A DNA stretch of 64,000 nt, from positions 1,465,721-1,529,720 of the forward strand of contig CM120648.1 of the NCBI GenBank assembly GCA_051362555.1, in the 5' to 3' direction. Made by a program: the position numbers and the translations under genes. The DNA comes from Lingula anatina (lineage: Eukaryota > Animalia > Brachiopoda). The notes below the pieces were generated by a model, which saw only the letters and a list, made by a program, of their open reading frames with translations, was not told where the DNA came from and searched no databases. Of the stretch, positions 22,878 to 34,328 are shown piece by piece (the stretch's first letter is position 1; each line of letters begins with the position of its first letter).

Positions 22878-24723
22878 ATTAGGTGCAGTAAGACTGACAA
22901 GACTGTTAGAATAGAATTCAGCCACTTTCTGAAGTGGGCCTAATACTTTTACATGTTAGAGGTAATATTATTTAGTAGTTGGATAATGATGAAATAGTTT
23001 TTTATGTCATTTTTTTTTTCACTCTGATATCATATATCAGAGTAATCTGAGGAATACATCAGAAAAATTTGTAAAAATTAGACCATTTTATCGTATTATC
23101 ACAAATATATTCAGCCAGTGTATATATTGTAGGTGAAATTACAACCAAGAAATGCTGACTCACAGCCATTTCTACACCAATTGTCAGGGATAAAAAAATA
23201 TACCATGAAGACTCGTAGCTTTGCACTTTATTGTTGATATATGAAATAACGCCATAAGTTTTAAAGTCTTCAACTTCTATCTGTAATTATGGTGAAAGTA
23301 ATTTGAACATCTTATCTAGTCTTCGTATCACTTTAACAGTGGCAGGTACACCTTCTGTTACAATGCAATATCTGTGAACAAATGTTTAGCAATTGTTTAG
23401 GGACAGACAGTTAATCTTTTTCAACATCTGATGTGCCTTATTTGTGTAAAACTACTTGACATTAAGAAATCCAGCAAAGAAAACCAGTACAAGATAACTT
23501 ATGAAAAATTAGCCAATAATATCTTTTTTTAAAGTTAAGGCTAAGATTAACCCCACAGTGGACTTCATAATGTTAAAAGGAAAATGGCATTTTTGATTTC
23601 AAGTTCTTTGGATAACAGGAAATTTGCATTCTACAAGCTTCAGCATCAGCTGCAGGGATGTTACAGGAGATCCTTATAAAACTTTGAAATGGGCATTCAG
23701 TCACATAGTTTACATAAACCAGTTTCTATTTCATATGGACAGATTTGTTGAAATGACCAGATTGGAATCCTTTCCTCCCCCACCCCCCCCCCCCCCACCC
23801 CCCCCCAAAAAAATAAATAATAATTGCAAGGGATCTCGTGTAGAGGAATGGTGCTGACATATTCTCATATCACCTACCTCCCATTTAAAATATATATATA
23901 TATATATATGATGTAGATATATAAAATGAAAGACCGAGCGAGAAAATAGTCAATTAAAAAGAATGTATAACAATAATAAAGAAAATAAAATAAAAGTCAG
24001 CACTTTGTAAAAGCATGAAATGTACAAAATGGTTTCTTTTGTACGTTTAGATAACTGTACAGTAAATGATAAAAATGTAAAAATAGCAGTGGGAAAATTA
24101 ATTTAATATGTGAGTTTAGATGGCTTATAGTTAGTCAACTGCTTCTTATATTAATATTACTGCTTGGATTACATACATATATGATCAAATTTCAATATGG
24201 CAACTTTTACCATTGGTGAAAAATGCATGTTCAGGAAATTTAGTAATTACTGATTCAGCATTTTTACTGATTTTTTTTTTTTTTTTTTTGTTGTTGTTTT
24301 TTTGATGAAATTAATTGTAGTCCTTCTGACCAGTAAGATTTCTACCTTTAAGAATGACTGTTCAGTACATGGTATGGCATGACCACCACAACTGCTCCTT
24401 TTCTGTTGTTGCCAGGGCAGTTGGTTGGCACCTCAGGTACACTATATACTAACATGTCTTGGCAATATTGTTTAAGAAAGGTCATTTGTTAACAGAAATC
24501 ATCCGAGTTAGCCTAAAAAGGACTGTTGGCACTGTGTAATTATATAATGCATGCAAGAACAGACAAAAAGAGAGTCTGTGTGAGGTGGGGGCTTCTTTTT
24601 ACGCAAAAAAAGGGTGAATTCTACATTAAGCATGGCTGATAAAGTAATACAAAGCTGATAGTCAAAATGTGGTGGTTTCACTCTTGTTGTGCAGTACAGT
24701 GTAACTAGTATGTAAACAACCAG

Positions 24724-24864
24724 GGCTCTGTTACTCGAAAGCATCGTAATTGCGACTGGGCGCAAGAGTCTCTATTCCATAACTCGGCATTTACTCGCCC
24801 CATGTAATAGCCTCGAAATGAAAGGTGATATCGCTATTGCAATTCGGTTTCGAGTTACGGAGCC
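24724..24864. mobile_element. 141-bp Harbinger-like MITE
   Basis: TIRs GGCTCTGTTACTCGAAA / TTTCGAGTTACGGAGCC with 3-bp TSD CAG (24721-24723, 24865-24867). Confidence 0.75.
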
Positions 24865-26817
24865 CAGAGTAATATCGGTTGGCAAATTCAAATCATTTCA
24901 TGTGGCACCACAATTGCCAGCCTGTCAGTATTTTACCACAAACTTCACCTAATTTTACATCGAGTCAACAGATTTTGGCTGTCTCTGTTGATTCACATTG
25001 CATTTATTCGATATAACTTTCATTAAAAAATGACAAAGACCCCACATTTTACAAAATGCTGCCAACTTTTTAAAAAATATTTAGTTACTTAAAAAGATGT
25101 ACTGTTTGACATAAACCGGACTGACCATTAATGATGTCTTGATCAGGAATTTCTTGCTCATTTTTTGAAGTGAAAATTTTCATGAATTATTTGGAGTAAT
25201 AACCATTTCCTTTTATTATAATTTCACTATTGTATACTTATTTTGAAATTTTTGATTAGATTACTGTCACTGAATCAGCTAAATGTTTCTTTAAACTTTG
25301 TATAGTTGTAACTTGTTTTGTGTTAAAATGATATTTAGATGGAGTACGTTGTAAAATGTTGAACTTTGTAAGAAGAGAAAATCACTCACAGCCAGTATTT
25401 TGGCTTTGAATGCAACCATACAGGGTCAGGTTTTGCCACTGAATGTGGATAATGCACCAAACTATTACCTCAAGATATAGCTGAATTCAGGTGTAATCGC
25501 CAGCTGAGTTTAATTGATTACAAACAAAATGTGTACACCAAAGAATTCTCAGTTCTTTTTCTAACGAGTCTTTAGTCATTGTGAAAGAAACCTTTGTATG
25601 AGGAACTTGTAATGAAGTATTGATAAACATTCTTTTGTTGTATTAATTCTTTGCAGTGATCAAATTTTATGGAGATTTGCAACCTTTATGATTTTCATAG
25701 GACAAAATACACTAGTATAACTGGGATTTTGCTGATGTGGAAGGGGGGGGCACAATTTGTTTACCTTTCTTTGCTTGGGAAATTAATAAATAATGGTTGA
25801 AGACGACAACTTTACTATTAGGTTTGGCCGAGTGGGTGAGTTCCTTCAAAGCATTGGGGGGGGGGGGGGGGGGGGATTCTCCTGGGTCCTTCACAGATAT
25901 TATAATACATTCATAATTCTTTTACTGTATTATTACTTTTGGCAAAGTAGAAGATCTCAGTATTATAGGTTAGGTGCTTTAGAAATTCTATTTATAGAAA
26001 TTATTTTGCAGGATAAACAAGTTATGGGACACTCATGTTGATAAGAAATACAATAAAAGGGAAAGAACAGGATAAGTGAAAAGTGTTTCATATTAATTTT
26101 ATGTTTTAAAGTTTATCCCTGCATTTGTTGAACAACAGTTAATTCTATGTTTTCTGTCCAAGGGAAAATAGTATAATTTTATCTTACAATTGGTAAATAA
26201 TAATAAAAAGTATACTAAAATTGTGAAACTGCGTCATTGTCTTTTTAGTTTGTAATTGAAATTTTAGTGAGGGGTTATGAAAACGCTGGATTTAGAGTTG
26301 AAGCTAATTTAGATAGTTTAATTGCATGGTTATTTCTTAATTAAAGCCGCTTATTTCCGAATGTGTCTTTAGTTATTTAAAAAAAAATGTTCATTTTTAT
26401 GTTTATATATCCCATGTCAAAATTAAGTGGTTGGCAGAGACGGGGGTCACCCAGCGTCAAGACAGATCTACATGCGAGACTTAATGTCACATGATTGTAA
26501 AATAAACACCTTCCTAACATTAAAGAATGAAAGTAACCCGTCGTGCGTGTGTCAAGTAAATGCGCGGAGGAGAGGGGAAACTAATTAGTGGAAGGGCTGT
26601 CTTGGTTTTCGGTGTGTATCGATGACCATTATGTTCCCATCAAGATTCAAAGGACAAGGCAGAGAACTTGTTTTGCGTCCTCTTACTTTGCACAGAGTCA
26701 AAGAGTCCACCACCTCCAACTCTGTTCAAAGGTTGTAGCATCGTTATAATATAAGTTGAAAGTGCAAATTGTGTTTTCGTTAACAATGAAAATTGAACGT
26801 AGGGCCTGACGAGCGAA

Positions 26818-28003
26818 ATGGACGAGGTTTCTTCCCCACTTTGGTTCAAAACTGAAGGCATACACGAAAACCTATATCGTACAACAGAACAATACTTCTT
26901 CGAAGGAAACCGGTGCAATATTTGGCTTGTCAAAGGTAAAGATCGAAACATAATCAATAGTGGTTTAGCCTCACTCAGCTTGCAATTTTGACAAATAATC
27001 TAATTCGAGCTCTGAAGCAACTTTTTACATTGTAACGTGCAAACTAGATTGCACTGAGAGTATCGGGGTTAATAATGCCATATCAGAACTCACTGACAAA
27101 AGACTAATTTCATGTTCAGAGATAAAACTCACCACTCCGCTATCAACTGTAACTGGAGGCAAGCAGAAAGATTGTATATTTAACTGGAAAACACTCTTTA
27201 TATTCTCACTTTTTTTATCATATCATATCTGTCCATTTATTTATTTATTTTAATTTATTTCAGGCCCAGAAAGAGATGTCATTATCGACTCAGGACTGGG
27301 AGTGTGTGACCTTAAGCAACACCTCGAGAGCCTTCATCTCATTGATCCTCCACCAGGTGGCACCAGAGACTGCACACTTATCTGCACACATAACCATTTC
27401 GATCACAGCGGAGGAGCGCGCCATTTTGACAATGTGCTCATACACCAAAATGACCTTGATGGCCTACGCCAAGGTCGTCAAACTGAGACCCTTAATTACG
27501 TCAAAACAGCTCACTTTTATCGGACTCCATACCCTGGTTTTTCTGCTTGCAAATACGCTGTTCCCCCAACTGAATGTAAAAGTGTTCAGCATGGTGACCG
27601 CATTGAACTAGGTCAAGGTCATTACCTAGAGGTAATTCATGTTCCGGGGCACACCAAGGGAAGCATCATGATATTTTATCCAATGAGAGGCGAGCTTTTC
27701 AGCGGTGATTTTGTGTACGACTGTGGCCCTGGGAGCGGTCTGTTTGACTGGTTGCCCACGTCGTGTGTCACGGATTATGTGCAGAGTGCCAGGGACACGA
27801 TCGACTGGTTAATGAATACTTCCTTAAAGGGCATTTATCCTGGGCACTTTCGCCCTTTCAAGCCACAGAGAATGAGGACTATATTGCAGGAGTATGTAGA
27901 AGCTAAAGATCAACTGGGGTCGAAATGTTGTGCCTCATGTTTACAAGCCACTACATGGGCTTTCTTTCTACTGGGCTGCTTTAGATGCTGTCCTTGCGGC
28001 TAA
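26818..28003 (+). CDS. MBLAC2: Metallo-beta-lactamase domain-containing protein 2 (acyl-CoA thioesterase MBLAC2), 2 exons, 285 aa
   Basis: Exons 26818-26935 and 27264-28003. EGNRCNIWLVKG|PERDVIIDSGLG matches the MBLAC2 N-terminus (ESGNRANIWLVRG..DVVIDTGLG); metal-binding THNHFDHSGG, HVPGHTKGS, LFSGDFVYD, DWLP, PGHF. Confidence 0.92.
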
Positions 28004-29142
28004 CATTGACCTTGAATTAGATCGGTAACTGGCTTGGTAGTCCTATCATCAGGGATGTGGATGAGCCAGGCATAATTTATGCACACATCGTGGTTGGACT
28101 GTCCCTGGGCGTGGATGACTCTTTTTTTGCATAAAGCCTTTTCTCATAGATATTATTTTATTCTGTTATTATTAAAGTTATTTGCAATAACTAAACTTAA
28201 AAGACCTAGGCATTGACATAGATAATCATCAGGGTCCCCTACAATTTGGGGAAGTGGGGGATGCGCAGTGGCTGCCCATCAGCACCAACTGGTTAAGTTT
28301 CTACGCCAGCAAGGATGAGAATTCATTAACTATAGAAGGGCATTAGCTTAAACTATGATTTTATGGTGCTATTGTGAAGATACTAGTTGCAAACACAAAC
28401 TTGTGATAAACAAGTCTCTCATCTTCTCGTTTGGCACTTTCTGAAAATAAAATGAGCCCTGGTAAATGCTTACCGAATCATCCCCAAATTTTTCACTTTT
28501 GCGCAATGAAATTGTGGTTTAAGCATTTACAGTCACAAACTCACACAGCTCCAAATCGCAAACGGCAATTTTCTTTACGAGACCAGAAAAGGCCGCTCCA
28601 GCAAAACAGTCAGTATTAGGGGCAAAAACGTTAAAAAAGTTGACAACATAAATAACTTATCACAAGCACAGCTTTCCATTACACCAACCGTTTATCAGCT
28701 TATCTACTCGTCCGGCACGTTCCTCATGAGCCGAAGATTGTCGCATTATAAAAAGAACTTGTAAGGGGCCTATGTATACAGACAGAGACCCGGATGAAAG
28801 CTGGCCATTTTTTTTTAATGTTTGTGTGAATGAAACGCTAAGTTTATGGCAACTAATTTTGCGTTTTGGTAGTTAATTCGTGGCTGGAGTTGTTAATTTG
28901 TGCTCCCACGGCCATTATCATATATGATGCCGGAATATTCTGGATGCGTTGTAAACTTTTATTATCTGTTCATCCGTAGCATAAAAACCAGGAGAGGGGT
29001 AAAAAAAAAACAGCCGCCAGGCAGACCAAATGCCCGCGGGTACGAGATTGCAGACTGGTCTGGTGATTTGAAAGAAAACGAAATTTACAAAATAAAAAGG
29101 GACTTGGTACTGAAATGTACATTATCGTTTTCAACTGTCTAG

Positions 29143-29397
29143 GAGATCATTCCCAGAGACTGTCGTACGAACTTTGGATCGAGCTATCTCCAAGGGGAAT
29201 TTCGTTTAATTGCAATTAATTTTAGCGACTTAGATGTCTGTCGCACCTACTGAAGCTGATAGGGGGTATTTAACTATCGTTTAGCAGCTTTAGCAGGCGT
29301 GCCAGACGTCAAAGTCACTTAAGCTGAAAGCAATTTAGTGAGTAACCCCGTGGAGATGGGCCGATCCTGTTAGATCGATCTAGGGATGGGAGCCCAG
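29143..29397. mobile_element. Harbinger-like MITE (family shared with 44572-44789)
   Basis: About 250 bp homologous to 44572-44789 (CATTCC.AGAGACTGTCGTAC...TTAGATCGATCTAGGGATGGGA.CCCAG); shares AGATCGATCT and GGGTA.TTAACT motifs with the 582/1152 MITEs. Confidence 0.6.
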
Positions 29398-29598
29398 ACT
29401 AGAAGTGGCATGGAAGTCATTACACTTGGCAGTCGACTCCTGTTGACATCAGAGTGTGAAACAAACGAAGTGATTTTTAAAATTCAGATGTAGGGCTCGC
29501 TCTTACTAATAAATAGCAGGACAATGTACATGTACCATGGACTATAAATAGTATAAAGGTACGTGGAGTTGGTTAGAGAGTGATCTGATGGCTATTTC

Positions 29599-29641
<43 letters not shown>

Positions 29642-30611
29642 TTTAATATTGATTGGACTTTAATGGCGTTTGGACCTAGTTTTGTTTTGTCGTCATGCAA
29701 GCGCAATTTATGTCTCGGTTGCGCCTCGATGCAGTGGACGGCTCGTATTGTAACTAGAACGTTTCAAATGGCCGACGTAACAGGAATGGAAGTCTGGGCT
29801 TAGTACAGGTTAGGGTTAGTCAGAGTATTGGGGTTAGTATATAGGTCGAATGTTACCTGTACAAAGTAAATGGGGCACGGACAACGGTTCCAGGGGGTCT
29901 TCCATTCTTGTTACACCGGTGTCACGTGTTCGGTCCGTTCTGTGTGAACCATCGGTCCTGACCGATTGTACACGCAGCAGACGCGTGCATGAGCCGTTCC
30001 GTGAATGATCCGTTGTTATTCACCTGTACTGTTTTATTCGGCTAGTTCGTTTCCTACCTCATTAAATATATACTATAATGGGGATATTTCTAGGTAAAGT
30101 TCATGTGTTAATATATTGATAATTTTGATAGAGAAACACAATCACAGAATTACAATTCGACGCATGGATGAACCTACCGTGGACGGACCGTTGTTAACAG
30201 CTATTGGCCTACTACAATGGTTTTACTAGGCTAGTGTGTTGGCCACCTGAGGGAAATTGCAGTAGAAGTGAACATCTTTAAGATATGAATACTTCTAAAG
30301 ATTATGTTTGAATTTGCAGTATGCTCTCAACAGTGTACGTTTATTAAAGTCTAAGGATGTGTTGATGAGACGGACTGTACACGCCGGAAGTCTCAGATTT
30401 GCCTGCGCTTCGTGCGCATGAGCAGAACGGATGGTTCAAGCTCCGAACGATTCATGCCACACCGGTGCCACAGATTGAGGAGACCAGATTGATTTTTCAC
30501 TTGATATCCACGGATATACTTGCCTAATATCCTCTTCGAGCCATGACCGTCTCATAAGGCTCACGGCTCGCTTGTCAATTTTTTCTTAAGTTCTGCATGA
30601 CTTTTTGCTTG

Positions 30612-30913
30612 TGTAATAGGGTACATGTATTTCATGTATTCCCAGGTATAAATATATATATATGTAATAGTATATTGTAGCGTACATTGATATAAGTGCC
30701 TTATTATAAATAGCTCTTGTATATAAATATGTGATATGAATATGAATACTGGTGTTAGCGCCCTTTTTATGTCACGTGGGTCATGTGACCCTGGACTATA
30801 AAAGCGGTTGGCGCGTAATTCAAAGTGAGATACACCAGTGATCGGCTGTGTAGATAGTACGAATAAAGATTTTTCTAAAAGGACAATACATTTTTTGTCG
30901 TGCCTCGGTTACA
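30612..30913 (+). repeat. 5' LTR
   Basis: TGTAA..TTACA termini; TATAAAA near 30797; AATAAA near 30862; direct repeat of 38864-39165. Confidence 0.97.
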
Positions 30914-30917
30914 AAAA

Positions 30918-30935
30918 TGGCGCAGTCGACAGGAT
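30918..30935 (+). promoter_or_regulatory. Primer-binding site, probably tRNA-Ser
   Basis: TGGCGCAGTCGACAGGAT, 4 nt after the LTR; complement resembles the 3' end of invertebrate tRNA-Ser (..AUCCURYCGACUGCG-CCA). Confidence 0.8.
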
Positions 30936-31335
30936 TACCAAATGCTCAGCAGTCAAATGTGACTTTCCTGGACTAAAATGTGGATCGTTTTTTCTTTCAT
31001 TGAGATCGGATACACTTTTCTGATGAAGCCGTGAGCTCCGATCAAGCACAAAGTTGTACAGGTGAGCTCGTGACTTTCTTATGACAAAGTCAGAAATACG
31101 ATTATATTCTGAGCATTAAATTAACTATTCGCCGATCTAAGATTATCACATCTTGGTGTATCGGAAATTGAGCTCCAAAATATCCACTTTGCGGACTTAT
31201 AATAGTAAAGGTGGTTCTGAGAGGAGGTTCATCGATATCCTTCTCCGCTTCTCCATAGTGTGGAGCTACAATGAAAACTGACTTACAGACTGATCTCCGA
31301 CAGATTGGTGATTCAGATACGATTTACCGGTATTA

Positions 31336-31560
31336 CTTCCTGAGGTAATCCATGGTGATTCTGAGGTATAACTTTCCTGAAGTATTCTCTGATGATTCCA
31401 AGGTGCAACTTCCCGGGGTTATCCCCTGATGATTCCGAGGTGCGATTCTCCGTTGTGACTCCCTGCTGATTCCAGATGTGATTCTCCGATGCGATCCCCT
31501 GGTGATTCCCGATGCGATCCCCTTGTGTTACCGATGCGATCCCCTGGTGTTACTGATGTG
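31336..31560 (+). repeat. Degenerate ~36-bp/22-bp tandem repeat in the retrotransposon leader
   Basis: Units like CTTCC.G.GGT.ATCCC.TG.TGATTCC.AGGTGC.A decaying into GATGCGATCCCCT.GTG.T..C units. Confidence 0.7.
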
Positions 31561-33044
31561 CGAGTACATCTTCGTAATTCACCGGTCCATTATTGCGTGT
31601 GATGAGATCCACCACAGCGGAGGCCTTGTATTCATTCGGAGATAGTGGTCAATCAGAATTCAAGGACTTTCATGATCTAAACGGACAGTGACAATTGTAA
31701 CTGTGTTCACTATATTATTTTGAAATCGGACTCTACGCATTTAATTCTTTCATTTCTGGATGTGTACAGGCATTAGTTAATTGCAGTGGACGGCGGAATT
31801 AAAGGAGGTCGAGCAGAAAGTGATAAGTATACACATTTTTTATCCCCATGTATTGTGTTGCTTTATATGTTTCGCTCATTGTATTACCTCCTGTCTAGTG
31901 ATTGTGTTTGTGTGTGCCGTCTCATGTTATATTGACTTGGCCCTTATTTGTGCTTCTGTGTGTAACAGTTGCTCACCCAATAATTGATTGTTTGTGTGTT
32001 TAACCACTAGCATAATATTGGGTGTAATTTGTGCAAAGCTTCCGCTCTACCTGTATAATTGTGATTGTGCAGTTAGTATTCCTGTGAAGTGGTGTCCATT
32101 GTTTGTTGTAGTGTTTCAGTGACACGTCATTGTGATAACAATGCATTAGTGGCCGAATAACACTTGGATATAGTGATTGTAATTATTTGCATTACTAAAT
32201 CAAGTCTAACAGCAACCATCCTACTTACCATGATGTGAATTATTTTGCGTTTAAACTGCATCTATCATTTAGTACTGGTTCGGTTGCATTTTATTTTCAT
32301 TTTCATTGATTTCATTTGACATTTTTATTACATTGGTTACATTTTTTTTTGTTTTGTTATCTTAATAGAGGTAGATTTTTAGTTATTTTCATTTTGGTTA
32401 ATCACTCATAGTTTGGATTATTAAGCTAATTTTTGATTTGTTTTAGTTGATACCCGATATTTTGGTTCAATAAGCCACTACCATCATAATATTTTTCTTT
32501 CTTCTATTTAATTAATTTGATACTAACTTGATTAGGGTTTGGTTTGAGAAGTAGTCCTTTATTTTTTAATAGAGGTAATACAGCTTTTCACGCTCGTTTG
32601 TGCATTCCCTATTTGAGTAGTTTAAGTTTGTTTCCCATTAATTATCTGTTTAATTTGATCATTTGTGCTAATTTCTTATTATTTAAATTTTGATCATTTA
32701 ATTTTTCATTGACCCCATTTTTGACCCCGGCCTCCTTGTGTTTTACCTAGTGTTACTAAATCATTACCTTTGTGGACCTTCCTTCAAATTGGGTTATCAT
32801 TATTGATTGATAAAATAGTTTCTTGATAAGCATAATTAATTCTAAATTGAATAAGTTAGATTTTTGTTCATTAATTGAGCTTACTTTAAGGCTATATTAA
32901 TTGCAGTTCAATCAGTAGTGAATTAGATTTTAGAAGTAATTGATTGATGTAGATTATTAAATTAATCAATCAAGGTCAATTATTCAATTAATTGAGTATT
33001 AATTTTTTTTAATTATTTATCAATTATTATTATTATTTTTTTTT

Positions 33045-33269
33045 TTTTGTGAGCATTTTCCCATGATTTTTTGGTGAGCACTTGTGAATGCGAGTGGTGT
33101 AATTGAATTGACTGTTTTGTTTTATTTTGTGAGCATTTTCCCATGATTTTTGGTGAGCACTTGTGAATGCGAGTGGTGTAATTGCATTGACTGTTTTGTT
33201 TTATTTTGTGAGCATTTTCCCATGATTTTTGGTGAGCACTTGTGAATGCGAGTGGTGTGATTGCATTGA
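33045..33269 (+). repeat. 79/80-bp tandem repeat (~2.8 copies) just upstream of gag
   Basis: TTTTGTGAGCATTTTCCCATGATTTTTGGTGAGCACTTGTGAATGCGAGTGGTGT.ATTG.ATTGA at 33045, 33125 and 33204. Confidence 0.95.
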
Positions 33270-33285
33270 TTGGTGATATCTCAAC

Positions 33286-34281
33286 ATGGATACCCATTTA
33301 AGAGAGCAATTACAGGCTCTAAGCCCAGAAGACAAAGCTGCGGTGTTGCAGTTACTCAGTCCCGAGTCCGAAAGCAGTAGATCTAATGCTTCCCATGAGC
33401 GCGACAGTGTTTCTCAACCACCTCGCGCTGCTCCACATGTGGGTGGGTATTCGCGTAAATTACGGCTATTTTCGGGAAGAAGTCCAACTCCACATGGAGA
33501 AGTTGATTTTGAAACGTGGATAATGCAATTAGAATCTATATTGGACGAAGGGTCAGATACTGAAAATTGTAGAATACTTAAGCAAAGTCTTTTAAGGCCG
33601 GCTCTGGACACTGTCAGAGAAGCTACCACTGCAACACAGGTTGTTGATATTTTAAAGAATGTATACGGGATAGTAATCGATGGTAAAGAACTCTTAGTGC
33701 AGTTTTTTATTAATTACCAAAAGGAAAAAGAAACACCATCACAATATTTACAGAGGTTGTACTTACAGGTGATGCAGGTTGTAGAAAGGGGTGGAATTGA
33801 AGTTAGAGAAGTCCCAGAGCATCTTTTACGACAATTTATTCGTGGGAGTTTTGATGAGGAGTTAATAAATAAACTTGATTTAGAAAAATTAACAGATCCT
33901 CCTAGTTTTGCCGAGTTACTTTTATTAGTGAGAAGAGAAGAAGCCAGACGAACGGAGAAGAGGTTACGTTTGGAAAAGAAGAAAGAAGCCAGAGTCCACT
34001 CCATGACGGTTTCAAAGGAATCTGAGGCAGCTAATGTCAAGATGATGGAGGAGTTACAAGCCAGAGTGGCCAAGTTAGAGGCTAAAGGTCAAGTGTGTGC
34101 ACCTTCCACAGCGTCGCGGCCTGAGGTAAAGACTAAGGTAGAGAGAAAGGAGCGACGTGGTAAAAAGAGTATTTTTTGTTTTAAATGTGGGGAGGATGGC
34201 CATGTAGCAAATGGATGTGAGAAAACAGCGAATGCAGAGTTAGTTCAGAAGAAACTCCTTCAGAAGACTTTAAACAGGTAA
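33286..34281 (+). CDS. gag: Gag (PNMA-like capsid plus CCHC zinc knuckle), 331 aa
   Basis: RKLRLFSGRSPTPHGEVDFETW resembles the PNMA/Gypsy capsid N-terminus; MHR-like YQKEKETPSQYLQRL; CFKCGEDGHVANGC (CX2CX4HX4C). Confidence 0.93.
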   Translation: MDTHLREQLQALSPEDKAAVLQLLSPESESSRSNASHERDSVSQPPRAAPHVGGYSRKLRLFSGRSPTPHGEVDFETWIMQLESILDEGSDTENCRILKQSLLRPALDTVREATTATQVVDILKNVYGIVIDGKELLVQFFINYQKEKETPSQYLQRLYLQVMQVVERGGIEVREVPEHLLRQFIRGSFDEELINKLDLEKLTDPPSFAELLLLVRREEARRTEKRLRLEKKKEARVHSMTVSKESEAANVKMMEELQARVAKLEAKGQVCAPSTASRPEVKTKVERKERRGKKSIFCFKCGEDGHVANGCEKTANAELVQKKLLQKTLNR

Positions 34282-34328
34282 AGGTGTCCAGGGAGGGATC
34301 ACTGGAGACCAGTAAGAAAGAGGATCCC
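34269..34328 (+). promoter_or_regulatory. -1 programmed ribosomal frameshift signal (slippery heptamer plus predicted H-type pseudoknot)
   Basis: T TTA AAC at 34269-34275 in the gag frame, with one further codon (AGG) before the stop; pol is in the -1 frame; 7-nt spacer; stem 1 34283-34291/34302-34310; stem 2 34295-34300/34323-34328. Confidence 0.85.

Noticed and set aside
29798-29840. Telomeric (TTAGGG)n remnant
   Set aside because: Only one or two units, inside what looks like a degenerate interspersed repeat ending TTACACCGG.
34284-34286. GTG as an independent pol start
   Set aside because: The pol frame is open upstream through the slippery heptamer; -1 frameshifting explains expression better.
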